NCBI RefSeq assembly: GCF_006345805.1 | Contig: NC_043003.1 | Coordinates: 54,560,001-54,624,000 of the forward strand | Length of the DNA: 64,000 bases | Origin: Octopus sinensis | Lineage: Eukaryota | Direction of reading: 5' to 3' | Shown: piece after piece, positions 13,710-27,600 of the stretch | Layout: each line of letters opens with the position of its first letter | How positions within the stretch are numbered: position 1 is the first letter of the stretch | The notes under the pieces: model-generated | What the model was told of the DNA's origin: nothing | The model's input: only the letters and a program-made list of their open reading frames with translations | Databases searched by the model: none | Translations under genes and position numbers: made by a program

Positions 13710-14054
13710 TTAGGTTGTCCGGAAAGTTCGTGCCGATGTTTAAAGGAAAGAAAAAGGTCAATAAATACTTGACATTACATTTTAATCAACCAAATATGAA
13801 CCATATTGTGGCTCAATGCGACTCCATTTTTCCTTTAATTTGAAAACACCCTCTTCCCCAGAATGGAGATGGTTCAAAGGGTTACAGAATTAACATAGGT
13901 TATAAGAACGTAAAACTTCTTCCACGAAAAGATAGCTTAAACTGTGTTCTAAATGGAGGTGCAGTCAAATCCTATTTTATGGACACAAACATGTTCTAAA
14001 ATAAGTCGAAATATAAGCTACTATAAATCAGCACGAACTTTTCGAACAACCCAA
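13710..14054. mobile_element. Mariner-like MITE (duplicate 30942-31286)
   Basis: TIRs ttaggttgtccggaaagttcgtgccga / tcagcacgaacttttcgaacaacccaa, flanked by TA on both sides. Confidence 0.85.
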
Positions 14055-14502
14055 TATATCAGCATGTTCAATCCCAATTCAAAAATGCTTCGCGGCAAAG
14101 CACTTGCCAATATTATGTACATAATTTTAAAGACAAAGTTTTCCATAAATCAGCGGATAGCACTGATAATGGTCTGATAAGTAATGTATACCACTTAGAA
14201 CTCATCTTCAGTCAGGTCATTGCATAGAACAGTATTCAAAATGCATGTTTATAAACATGACTTCGTTAGGGAGTTCAGATATTCATGAAAGGAAATTGCT
14301 CGGTGGTAAAATTGCATAAGTGATAACATTACGGAAAATACAGCAAGGATTCTAACACGGCTATCAAGTGCAAGGAATCTCCATCTCTTGGGAGAATACA
14401 AGTGACGGTAATTGCTGCAACGGATGTCAATAATTTGAGAGAGAGAGAGAGAGAGAGAGTATGAGGTTGTGCTCTCTAGTATGTCATTGATGGAAATATA
14501 TT

Positions 14503-14564
14503 TCAGTCATCAGGCAAGAACCAGATCATCTTAGCAATTTCGGCTGATTAATCTTGAGATTGCT
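14503..14564 (-). ncRNA. Second copy of the permuted hammerhead candidate (core-proximal stem I pair broken)
   Basis: Same sequence, except the base preceding CUGAUGA is C instead of A (plus-strand G at 14514). Confidence 0.4.
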
Positions 14565-15262
14565 CCGATATGGGCAGCCCGCCAAGGGAAATCTAAGCCA
14601 AGCGCATTAGATCCCCTGGAAGAAAGCTTCGAATGTATACAACACGAGGACGGAAAACGAACGAAGTACACGAACAAAAATACAGAATACGTGACACTAA
14701 TAAGAATACAAAAACGTAAAAACAATAACGGTAAAATAAAAACAAAACGAAACCAGGACGTAGGACAAGGGTCTTTCGACAGGACGAGTTGAGTATGGGG
14801 CTGGCTTGTGAAGTTGTGCCTAATGGCCGCAGGGAGACGAACAAATACGTGTTGCTCGGCGGCTGCTGCAACGAAAAGAGCGCTCAACAGCGGCTAGCGG
14901 TCACGTGAGAACAAAAGACAGGAGAAAGGGACAGATGAAAAGAGAGAGAAGGTGGACGAGGAGGAGAAGAAAGAGACAGATCGAGGGGCTGGAGGTGAGG
15001 GAGATAGAGAAACGTAGAAGGGGGGGAAGACGGATAGGGGGGGAAGAAAGGAAGGGGATAAAGGAGGAGAGGAGAGAGAGAAAGAGACAGATTAAGAGTC
15101 GTATCAATGCTAGAGAAAAAATATACTTATCGTATAAGGATAATTGTGGATACGTAGCCGCCGATTATATAGGTAAACAGTAAAAATAATTACAGACATG
15201 GACAAGAACATGAAACACCACAGAGACGACACAAGAACCACAGGACGGGACATTCGAAGCCC

Positions 15263-15324
15263 TCAGTCATCAGTCAAGAACCAGATCATCTTAGCAATTT
15301 CGGCTGATTAATCTTGAGATTGCT
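15263..15324 (-). ncRNA. Candidate hammerhead ribozyme with permuted/pseudoknotted strand order
   Basis: Minus strand AGCAAU-C-UCAAGA-UUAA-UCAG-CC-GAAAUUGCU-13nt-UCUUGA-CUGAUGA-CUGA: stem III 6 bp, stem I 6 bp, stem II 4 bp, all Watson-Crick. Predicted cleavage after C at 15318. Confidence 0.55.
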
Positions 15325-15474
15325 CCGATATGGGCAGCCCGGCAAGGGAAATCTAAGCCAAGCGCATTAGATCCCCTATATATATATATATATATAAGTA
15401 TTTATATATATAGGTCTGTATATATATATGTGTGTGTGTATATATATATATAATATATATAATATATATATGTA

Positions 15475-15512
<38 letters not shown>

Positions 15513-15562
15513 GAGAGAGAGACATATATATGCATATGCGCATATGTAAAAACACTTAGAAA

Positions 15563-15600
<38 letters not shown>

Positions 15601-15837
15601 CCTGCATATATATAATATATCTATACATCTATTAACGTATGCCTAATCTAAACGACAAATCTATAATAAAACTGCATGCCATATGTCCCTAATATATACA
15701 TGCGTGTGTATGTATAAAAACATATACTGTTCCCCTTTCTACTGGGATCTCGAGACAAGCTCTGATGGAGACAGGAATATATACACTAACATACAAAATC
15801 ATGCCAAAGTTTACATATATATACTCATACTGATATG

Positions 15838-15887
<50 letters not shown>

Positions 15888-15981
15888 ATGTGTGTTTGTG
15901 TATGCATGTATAATATATGTATATATGTATGCATATGTATATATGTGTATATATGTATGTGTAAGTAGGTCTATTCATATA

Positions 15982-16054
<73 letters not shown>

Positions 16055-16475
16055 GTTCCTGTATGTATCAGTTTTTTTATGCTTGCGCCCGTGTGTGTAT
16101 AAGTGTGTATATGTGAAAAAACCAATGTGTGCTTGAGTGTGTACTTTTTGTTGTGTTCTTGTGTTTCTGTATTTCACAAAATTAATACTGAATTTATGCC
16201 ATGCACCAAAATATTATCATCAAATTGCTTTAAAAACAAATTAGCCACGTTCTCTTGAACAGGCAATGCTTAATGAAATGAGGCTTTCTATACTTAAATC
16301 TATGTAGATATATACATGCATGCATACATACATACATACATGCATACATACATACGTACAAATATACATATATATATATACATACACGCATACACAGTTG
16401 CATGCATGTATGCATATATACATGTATAATGCATATATATATATATATGTATATATAGACACGTATGTATGTGGG

Positions 16476-16532
<57 letters not shown>

Positions 16533-16699
16533 AATATATGCAATAAATGTCGACTATTCTATATACTAGTTTTCCCACGCAGGCTTACACAAAGCCGTTT
16601 GATATTAGCGAATATACGATTTGCACATATTTAGCTTTGCATTGGTGTGATTGTATAGATAGAACGGTTTAAGTAATTTGATAGAGCTGTTGATATGAA

Positions 16700-17735
16700 G
16701 CGGTGCCGTGGCTGTCTGGTAAGAAGCTTTTTTTCCCAACCCTATGGCTTCGGTTTCAGTCTCACTACGTAGCACCTTAGGCAAGTGTCTTCTTATATAG
16801 AATTATGAGTGGGTCTGGGAGACGGGAACTGAAAGAAAGACGTCGTGTATACACACGCACACATGCACACACACAGGGTGTGCTGAATAAACTGTCGTCT
16901 AAATCAAGCAAAAATGAAAATAACATTTGCATCTTATTTTAGCAGATATATTTACCAAAATTGCACTAAAATATCTTGAAATATTAAAAGAGTGAATTTA
17001 TTTAATAAAATCGCCATCGGATTCAACCGCGGTCGCCAGACAAGTTTTGAATCTCCTGCAACCCTTCTGGACGGTCTCCTTATTTAAGCTGGTGAATGCT
17101 ACCATAATCCTTGCCTTCAGTTCATCTATGGTGTTAAAAGATTTTTTTGGTCTCTCGCTCAACTACTCCCCACACATAATAACCAATGGGGTTGCAGTCT
17201 GGGGGAGTTAGATGGTCAGGTGGCCAGATGTTAGCGGTGATCTGGTCGCAAAACTTGTTTGACAGCTATGACTGTGTTCTGCTTGTGTAGCATAACATAG
17301 GGTCTTCCAGCAGCAACCCTCTTAACCCAAGGCAGCAGTTCCTCCTCCAGGCACTTGATGTGGGCCTCTATTTTGAGTTTGAGGCCGTGTGTGGAAATAA
17401 ATGGAAGCATAACGTCGCCATCACTCCAAACGCGATCTCTCCAAACACCATAATGTTGACTGGATGTTTGATTTCTATCACTCTCGGTACATGTCCTCAG
17501 ATTGCACTGTCCTCAGATTGATACTCAAAGACTGATATATTTCTGGAGAATCCGAAGCGAATACCAAGCGGTGCAGGAAAGAAAATTGCGTCATGGTGCT
17601 GTTTTTATCACAGACGGTGCCCAAATTACCCTACTATACTGTGTAGTCGACAAAATCAAAAGCAAATAATATGCACGCGCGAAATTTAAAATATAAAACT
17701 GTGACAATTTATCCTCGCACCATGTATATATGTGT

Positions 17736-17776
<41 letters not shown>

Positions 17777-17977
17777 CTGTGTATGCGTGTTTCTGTTTGT
17801 CACCCACCAGTGTTGGTATGTTTATGTTCCCGTAACTTAGATGTTCGGTAAAAGTGAAGATAGAATATGTACATGATCCCAAAAATGTACTGGGGTCCAC
17901 CCATTTGACTAAAAGTTCTTCAAGACGGCACCTCAGCATGGCTACAGTCTAATGATTGAAACTGATACAATATGAAA
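16700..17977 (+). mobile_element. Diverged CORE-type SINE split by a DNA transposon (head about 16700-16848, tail about 17770-17977)
   Basis: Head gtggctgtctggtaagaagc...ggcaagtgtcttct. Tail gacggcacctcagcatggctacagtctaatgattgaaac. Confidence 0.75.
16874..17724 (-). mobile_element. Tc1/mariner (maT/DD37D-like) transposon remnant with TIRs
   Basis: TIR-like ends cagggtgtgctgaataaactgtc / gacaatttatcctcgcaccatg. Minus-strand motif NSPDCNP.(G/D)YYVWGVVERET at about 17150-17215, frameshifted. Confidence 0.8.
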
Positions 17978-18249
17978 AATATACATACATTCATATGCAC
18001 TCACTAACGCGGTCATTCAAATAGCTCTTTTGTTTTAATAACGGTCAATCACAGTAATTTCCTTTTGTTTAACGGTCATTTTTATAGCATTTTTTCCGAT
18101 GGCCGGATAACTGAAGAGATGGCGGCGTGGATTTCTACTCCGACATCGGAGTGTATATATATACACACATACATATACCCACACACAGAGACATATATAT
18201 GTATATATAATATGTACCAAAATAACGAATAAAACATTAATTTTCAATA

Positions 18250-19068
18250 CTATTTAGAAATAACAAAAGCAACCAGACAAGTACCACGGGACGTTTGACA
18301 ACGCAGTCGAGATACAACGTCCGTTTAGAAGAGTGTTTCAAACAGATCGAACTGCGTGAATTAGAAATTCCATCACTCGAATTACAACTATTTAGAACAA
18401 GAATGTCTACAAGAACGAGAGAACAGGAAACCATGGTGGTCATTCGGAAGACACTTGTCCTCAGTCGTTTAGATTACTGCTTCCAACTGTGTCCACTATA
18501 CAATGTAAAATTAACGACGGAACTCAAACCAATCCATTGAATCTACACAAAGAAGATCGTCTCAATACGATATGACAGCTACTGGGGGAGACTGAAAAAG
18601 TTAAGTATCTACTCCTTAGAACGAATAAGGGAAAGATATGCAGTGACGTGAATTTGGAAAATCATAGAACTTGTACCAAACTTTGGCGTGGCAGGTTACA
18701 CAAAGAAGCAGAACGTGGCTCCACTGCATGGTACCCAAATCCCAACATTGTCGTTAGGATGCAGGACCAGATGCTGTCACGGCTTGTGTTTCAACGCCCC
18801 ACAATGTTCAGATATCTTCCGACAAAGGCTGAGAGGCATACATGGGGTGGATGTAGTCATCTTGAAAACAGAAATGGATCTCCTCTCGTCTAGAGTTCTG
18901 GATGAAGCTACTACGTAGCAAGAAACGCATAAGAGGGTAGAAACAACAAGCCTCCTTATTCACCAAATGGCACATATCAGAGGAGGTTTCGTGAAAGTCT
19001 AAGAAAGCTAATAGTGGTGCCTCAACATGGCTGCAGCTCTCGAACTTAAAACTCGTAAATTAAAAAAA
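18250..19068 (+). mobile_element. CR1/L2-group LINE, 3' RT-region remnant
   Basis: KTLVLSRLDYCFQLCP...YWGRLKKLSIYSLERIRERY...IWKI matches the CR1-type LDYCSxxW...YxxRLxxLxLYSLxRRRERY signature. Ends in a SINE-like tail and A-run. Confidence 0.85.
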
Positions 19069-19120
19069 CACATAAAAGCACCTTCCAGAAAACCGCAAAA
19101 TTCGACGAGCACCAGAAAAC

Positions 19121-21792
19121 AAGATTGGGTACACGAAACATATTGTCAGAATTCAAGTTAAACGTGAAAATAAGAATTGACTAATTAAGCGTCCGTCTTA
19201 TTTCCTTATTGCCCACAAGGGGGTAAACATAGAGGGGACAAACAAGGGCAGACAAAGGGATTAAGTCGATAACATCGACCCCAGTGCGTAACTGGTACTT
19301 AATATATCGACCTCCGAAAGGATGAAAGGCAAAGTCGACCTCGATGGAATTTGAACTCAGAACGTAAAAACAGAAGACGAAATATCGCTAGGCATTTCGC
19401 TCAGCATGCTAACGTTTCTGCCAGCTCGCCACTGTCCGTCTTGTTGAAGCACTATCTTTGGTATTGTTACGTTTCAAGAATAATCCATGCCCGCAATGGA
19501 AATTAATTGGAATCAAGTGTGGTGCTCTTGACAAGACGTGTAGAAGATCCATACTTTCCAATAATGATTGCTTGGATTGATGAAGCTATATTTAAATTAA
19601 ATGGCTCGATCAACCTCCGCATTACTGATAGCCTGACAAACGGTATATTGGGCATGAACATTATGTTAATGTACCAGGTGTTACAAATTGGTGCTGCGTA
19701 TCATCGAAAGGATTAATTTGACGATTCTGGTTCGAGATAGCTGTGACGTATTTCATTTACTTACACTTGTAGCAAGAAACTGTCAGGTTAAGCATTCAAG
19801 AGTATTTAATTTGGAAAAAGATTAGGCTCCTGGCGATACCAATTTTATGTATGAAAGGACCTTCCTTGATAATTTTGTTCACCAAGTAGATTGGACGAAA
19901 AGGTTCAGTAGAATACATTCCGCTTACCTAAACTTTACACTTTCCATTATGATTTATAAAAGATAAATTTAGCTCCCAAATCCGGCAACAGACGAAGAAT
20001 TGAGGTCAGCCATTGCTTGGGAATGCGCAATAAAACCGAACAAAAGTTTTCTTGATGCTTACCATTAGCAACAGTGCCTGGACCACAGCGCTCTACACTA
20101 TGAAAACAGGCTTTCATAAAACAATTACATTCTCTCTGCAGATTCTATTAAATTTCGAAAATTAAATGTAATTTAATAGATACTGACTCGATAACTATTA
20201 CCATTCAGTGTGTCTATTTTAATTTTGCAGAGTGGCAATCATATATGTAAATGTGTGTGTGTGTATGAGTTAGCACTCAAATACACACATCGATACACAC
20301 ACACACATACAGAGAGAAAAAGATAGATAGACAGATGAGAGAGAAAGAGAGAGAGATAGAGAGAGAGAGAGAGAGGGTGAGAAATTGAAAGACAGAGATA
20401 TGTGAGAAAGTGAAAGAAAATCGAGATATGTGAGGGGTTTAGCGTGAGTATTTTACTTCAGACCGCTCTGATTACTCCGAGTATTGTAACATGTACTCTA
20501 GTACAACTTTTTAAATGGAAAGTTGATCGGTGAATAATACTGTTTTATTTAAACCGGGAATGCATTTCTGCACATACTAATAAAAAAAAAAACTTTCATG
20601 CATTACTATGTACATAAGCAAGAAGTATGAAATACATCCAATTCTGTAGTTGAGTCCTGGACTCGACTAGTATTTTATTTCGCGACAAAAAAAAAAAACG
20701 ACGATGGCATCGCTAGAATTCGAAATCAGATAACAAAGCATTGAGAAAAATAGAAAATGTTATTGCAGCCTATGTATCAACGATTCTGCTTATTCGATTA
20801 CTTGCTGACGTCACAATCTTATAACCATTGTGACGTATAACCATTCGAAAAATATTTTCACTCTTTACTTCTTTCAGTTGCATAACTGACGCTACAAATC
20901 AACTTCTTGAGGATAATATATAGTTCTTTGATTGCTTGCATTCAATTTGTTCATATATTTATCTTGTTGAATTGTAATTTATATTTGAATAATGCCAAAT
21001 AGAATGAGGAAATTCTGCGACCGCGTACGCCGCTTCTTCGGTCACAGAAATCGCACTGTTACTCCAACTGTGATACACGTTAGCAGTAAAAATACCTTCT
21101 ACCGCCGAGCGGGATATGATTATCAATATTATGCAAGAAATTTCAACGGCGATGCTTTCGTGAAAAGCATTCGCTGGGGAAAGGGACACAAATAAGTGGT
21201 AAGTAATTTGAGATTCTATAATTTAGAGTAGAATAACAAGAACACCAAAATTATGTGTGCAAAGAACATTGTTCAAATGAATTACGGAGAACAATTATAG
21301 CAATAAATAAGAAAAATAGAATGAAATGACAAATCTAAAAGAAACATTCATTAGTATATAAACGGCTGAAACGGAGAAAATATATAACAATAAAAATCAT
21401 GTAAAGATGAGATTAAAGCATAACAGTAAATACAACAATGGTACATAATACCTATTTAGTATAAACGATGTAGATTAATAATCTGTTGATTATTTCGGAA
21501 CCTAGAATATAAATATCAGAATTTCAATTCACATGTTAGAGGTATATCTTTGCTAAAGAGAAAAATGTTTTCTTTTCCAGTCCAGAGATCTGATGAGAAC
21601 GATGAGTAAAGACACATGGAAATGGAAGTCTGGAAATAATGGCAGTATGAGCAAAAACTGCGGAGATTATGAAATTGCTGCATCTCTGCCTTGAATAATG
21701 AATTAGACAAATGGTGGAGGTAAAGCGCTATGTTTTATATTGATTACATCAGAGCAACCACACACCGAAAAAAAAAACTGCATATTACAGAT

Positions 21793-21879
<87 letters not shown>

Positions 21880-24633
21880 AACAATAATACCATGTAGAAT
21901 TAGAACATTAAATTTTCGAATCTTCAATCGAGAACATTAGGAGAAATAAGAACTAAACATTGAAGAAAGCTTCATTCGATCGGTACTATAATGGATTTTC
22001 TGGTAACTGTCATCCGGAAATTGTAAGGATATTCCGGGATAGGGACCTCTATTTTGGAGGATTTCACCTCTGAGCTACCACGTCTACGTTACTGTCTTTT
22101 TCTCTATTAAAAGCTGAGTTATACAGTTGTTGTAACTGTATAATACTAGCTACAAATTATTCCATTAGATCCCACGTTTGTGTGCTACTCTATCAATGTA
22201 ATCATTGTTTGGGATGAACTTCCTCCACTGTCAAGACAAGATGGTGAAAATAATATTTTTGCTTTTACACTGACTTGTGAGAAGATTTGTAAACTACTTG
22301 AACTCTTCAGAGTTTTCTTTGTGTATCGATATCTATTGGCTGGTTTGCAACTCTTAAATCTCCAGTCTGGACCCTTTCTGAATCTTCCACAGTTACTGGA
22401 GGAATACCCCTGACGTTTTGCTAATATGATACAAGCCGTGAATTTGTAAATGTGTCTGGATCATCTGGACGAATGTATGTAATGTTGAAAGAACCGAAAT
22501 CATCAACGATTGTCTGGAACGTTATTCAGGGTGGATTCCACTGCAGTTGAGTGATATGTATAAACATTGAGAGAATATAATTTCTAATCAAGAATACATC
22601 AGAACAGAAATTATGTTTATAAGTACTTGGTTTAAAATATGAAAGTAAATTGCTCCAATAACATATAGAATACAGTAGTTTTAAAACATTTGATAGCAAT
22701 AATATATAAAGCTAAATGTGTAAAAACCTGCCGGCAGCTTTACGGAGAATGTAGCAATCAGATAAAACTATAACAGTTGAAAGAACTATCAAGTAAATTG
22801 AGATGAGATGCGAGAGAAATATTGGAATAAAATCACGGTCATACTAGGTAAACAGGTATGGATATCATAACTGTCTATATTTGTTTTTAAACTCCAGAGA
22901 AACTTCATAATATCCTAGTTTTAAATACAAAGAGCGACATCATATCTCTCAGTTCTTCTGAAAATACAACAAAAATACATCTTTGATATGTAACTCCTGA
23001 CAAATTTATATTAAGGCATCTATCTATAACGCAAGTGATATATTCTTAAAATAGAAATTACCACATTCCCATTTAATTCCTAATGAATTTCATATCACAA
23101 AAGGTTAATAGCTTTTGTAAGCTAAACTTAAAATCATTTTTGGTTCTAGTGTTTGAAAACATTCTTTGAATTGAACATGGTTGAAATTCTACAATGATGG
23201 GAATGTGAAGAAAGCTGAGAATGTGAAGAAAGCTGAGAATGTGAAGAAAGCTGAGAATGTGAAGAAAGCTGAGAATATGGAAAGATTTCTGCCTTGCCGC
23301 TTACAGAAGATATACATTCAACATGGAGGAGGTGACGTATAATTTATTGTATATTATTTATGTGACAATCCTATATACGCACAAACGTCACACACAATTC
23401 TATTATATGACAAAACAAATCACGCACTCACAAACATGAAAAATAAACAGTATAACGAAACTAAAACATTTGTAGAAATGATAATTAGAAAATATGCAAA
23501 TTAGAAAATTAACATTATAATAATTTACAAGTTTATAAGCATAGGAGTGGCTGTGTGGTATGTAGCTTGCTTACAAGCTTCTCGCACATGCGCGTTAGTG
23601 TTGCTTATCACAGAGAACCACGGTGGACGTGTGTTGGCTCCGTCCAATATTGAACTAAAAGAACAAACAATAACAGCAGCATTAGGTCGTCGAGGTAGGT
23701 GGTTTTGTTTTCGTTTGAGCTGGGTGTAATTTGTCAAATAGTAATTGTTTGTTTGTAGATAAATTTCGCCCAGCTCCGGGGCAATTCTGCCTGCTGTCGG
23801 CGGCTGCTGTTTGTTGTTTTGTTCTATTGGGCAAAAGGGAGGGGCGTATCCTCGCCCGAATTTACTGGATTTTGCCGGGAGAGGAGAGGGACCCCCCAGG
23901 TGTGCCAGAGGAGGCCCCGACTCCTGCAACCGAAAAAAGAAATAAGAAAAGAAAAAAGAAGGTGAATGGTGCTGTGTCGCCAATCGAAACTGATGTTTCT
24001 CCGGTGGGAAGTGTGAGGGTCTGTTGAGATGTACTTGGATAGTCTTCTAGACAGAGAACGATACAACTCGGTCTGTATAGATAGTCCATGTTGGCCTCCG
24101 CAGCCACCTGCGGAGGCCGTCACCCAAGAAGAATTAATTGAGGTCAGGGGGACCTGCAATAATGAGAATTTTGTGTCCATCCGTCCGGGCCTGCCAATGC
24201 AGGCTTTCCTGCAGGTGGCAGGAAACTTACTTGGGGTCCGGACGAGGAAGATGAATGAAAAAAGAATTTATGTTTTTGAAATTTTTATACTTGTATCTAA
24301 TTACTGTTTATTAATTTTTATTCTTGATTTTAAATCGAACAGTGTTTTCGACGGGTTATCAGTCGACGGTCGCCGGTGCCCCTCTCATTTCTATTCATTG
24401 TTATCGTTATCATCCTCATCACATTAATGTCCTTGTCCAGCCCGCAGCTACTCATTGTACTGCCCTTGTGGCAAACTATGTGAATAAATGTAGCTTGCTT
24501 ACCAACCACATGATTCCGGGTTCAGTCCCACTGTGTGGCACATCGGGCAAGTGTCTTCTACTATAACCTCGAGCCGACCAAAGCCTTTGTCCAAAGTGGA
24601 TTTGGTAGACAAAAACTGAAAAAAAAGCCCGTC

Positions 24634-24674
<41 letters not shown>

Positions 24675-27600
24675 ATCCAAACAAGAAAGCACATATATAT
24701 ATATATGCGTGTGTGTGTGTTTGTGTTTGTGTGTGTGTGTGTGTTTGTGTGTGTATTTGTGTGTGTGTGTGTGTTTGTGTGTGTATTTGTGGTGTGTGTG
24801 TGTGTTTGTGTGCGTGTATCTATGTTTGTGTGTCTGTGTTTGTCCCCCACCATCGCTTGACAACCGATGCTGGTGTGTTTAAGTCTTGGGGTCGATTTTG
24901 CTCGATTAAAGGCGGTGCTTCAGCATGCCCACAGTCAAGTGACTGAAACAAGTAAAAGAGTAAGTTTCTTTGAGTTAAGACTTTGTTTTTGAATTTTCTC
25001 GTTCATGCTTTTTTTTTTCTCGGTTTCAGATTCCACTAATAAATTAGTGTTTATACAACTACTATAACTATTAAGTGAAAACTATATCCTGGGCTCATCA
25101 TATTCTTCAGATCTTCATATACACGGCAATGTGATGATTTGCCATCGCACAATATTACGCCCATTGGTCATGATGTTGGACAAAGGCTGAAATATAAAAG
25201 AAAGTTGAACGGGCAAAACAATCAAAATGACGCATAGGATTATAGCAAAACTATAAAATTCATACAATTATAAATGAAAGAACAACAGCTGAGTAAATAT
25301 ATAATTTAGCAAATGATAATAAAGAACACTTTATACCAATGATAAAACAACATATACTATCATATAAAATAGTTATCTGCAACAATCATAGCTAACAACT
25401 GTTAAATATGTAATCTAATTGCTGTTAAATATAAGGTGTAATATTCAAACACTATATATTATATATAACAACTAGTGAATTAATATCTAATTCAGGTTAC
25501 ATACATCAAAGCTGGTGCTGTATAACAAATAAGTGCTTTTAAACATAACAACGTGTAAAATTATAACATTTAAACTCGCTGCATACATGGTGCAAATAAC
25601 ATTCCAGTAGATAAATATGAATACTACCCAATGAAAAGTGACGTTAGATAGAAAACTAAAAGAATTCTATTTTACAAGTAATGCACACATAGATATATTA
25701 ATATTAATTCTGGTACCTTCGTGTAAACAACATTGAAGCAATATCATTCTAGTATTAATAGAACTATGTACAGTATCATCAGTACATGTAAACCTGTTGC
25801 ATTACAAGGAACAACGTGTTCAAGCGGTGAAATACATTTTTATGAAGTGTTGAGTATGAAGAAACATCTAAAATTATGAAGATAACACTTCGTCGGAGAT
25901 ACTCCAAATGTCCTCTGGCGTTTCAGAATTAATAGAGTGCTGTATGGTGAACCATCGATATGAAGGCTAAATCTCATATATAACGACATTCCTAACATCT
26001 AAACAGGAAGATCACATTGAATAATGTAGCCTGGTGTCCAATGAAGGGCTTCGTGTGGCTGGAATGCCTTTAATTATAGGCAAGTCTATATGAGACAGAG
26101 ATTGATTTCGGGACTAAACAACGCCAACACTCGAGTACTACGGCTAACACACTAACTCCCCATTTCCCTCGACCTGTAATACCACTAACATCACTAATGT
26201 CCCTACTAATACAACTAACAGGCCTTCCCCCCATAATACTAACAACATTAACAACACTACTAACAGTATAGTTCGGTGTTGAACTTGTTTGGTAGGGATC
26301 AACTCGGTCACATGATGGCAGACCATGATCAAAGCTGTTCCACTTACATTTATCCTGACATTATATGTCTGCCTACATTACTTAATGCCCTTTCTTTTTT
26401 AAAGACCTCAGCCTTATTCAAAGGAAATTGATTAGCGTGTAATTATGCTGTGATTTCAGCGACAGCATAAATATTCAATACTCAGACAAAGTACAGCTTG
26501 TAATATTAACACAGGAACACGCTGTAACATCTAGTTCCTCTCACATATAAAGGAGAGTATGCCTAACACCAGGTGTCTATTGAACATCACAAGGAATAGA
26601 CGAGCGTAAAACTTAACACTCCTGTAACGTTTAGCTCATCTTAAAGATTACAGATAGAAAGTAATATTCCGAATAGCAGCGGCCAACAACTGCTAACAGT
26701 AAAATGAAGAAAATAACACCAGTATCCTATACACGTCTGGGAGACACCTTCCAGCAGCGAACATGCGTTAAACACGAAATTGAGAGAATATTTCGGACAT
26801 AAATCCAACAGCTGGAGAATATAGCACCAGACACCAGTAAATATTACATTAGAGACACCTTTTTAACAACAAGCGGTTGTCGCCAGCACCATGCAATGCT
26901 CTTTTAACAGCCAGCTGATATTAACTAAAGCAACAATATTTCGGACATCATCATCCATCAGCTGCTAGCAATAAGATGTGAGAAATATGTCTTTAACAAC
27001 GAACACATGTTAACAGCACCATCAAGAGTTCTTCAAGTAACCAGCTCTTCTTAACAATAACATTGAACAATGTTTCAGGTACCATCAACTGCTATCAATA
27101 ATATGTGAGGAATATGCTTTTAACAACTAACGCATGTTAACAGCAACATCTATATAACCAGCTCTTGTTAACAGTAACATGGAACAATGTTTCGGACCGT
27201 AGTGCCCAGCATTTGGTAACATAAAACGGAGACTAAAACAGCTGAACACGAGTAATATACAGTTTTATATCAACTTAATATAACAGAATGCAAACATCTC
27301 GTTTATATTACTCCTCTAATTCCATCGGTAACTAACATATAGTCAGCATATAATGAATATATATCTAAGTAAGCGGCTTGTGCTATAAATATCTTCGGTG
27401 ATTATATAGTATGAACAATAGTCTCTGCATTATTCTGGAGGCCGTTTATATCACCTGAATTGTACTGAAGATCATATGTACAACACTTATAGCTACACTT
27501 GATTTATATACCATATATAAAACGTCGGCCTATTGCTAAACTAAACTTAGCTACAAGGAAACATAGCTACAATTATCAATAACATAAAGACTACAAATAA

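Larger units (their letters stand above)
1926..14505 (+). repeat. Segmental/tandem duplication, copy 1 (about 12.6 kb)
   Basis: Near-identical to 19121-31734 (offset 17195 at the start, 17193 in the middle). Paired ORFs in the track confirm it. The copies diverge after ggaaatatatttca. Confidence 0.97.
14503..15377 (-). mobile_element. Penelope-like (pLTR/retrozyme-like) element with a 115-bp direct repeat at 760-bp period
   Basis: 14503-14617 matches 15263-15377 with 2 substitutions. The repeat carries a hammerhead-like core on the minus strand, and the unit has a purine-rich spacer. PLE identity is inferred: no RT or GIY-YIG ORF is seen. Confidence 0.55.
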
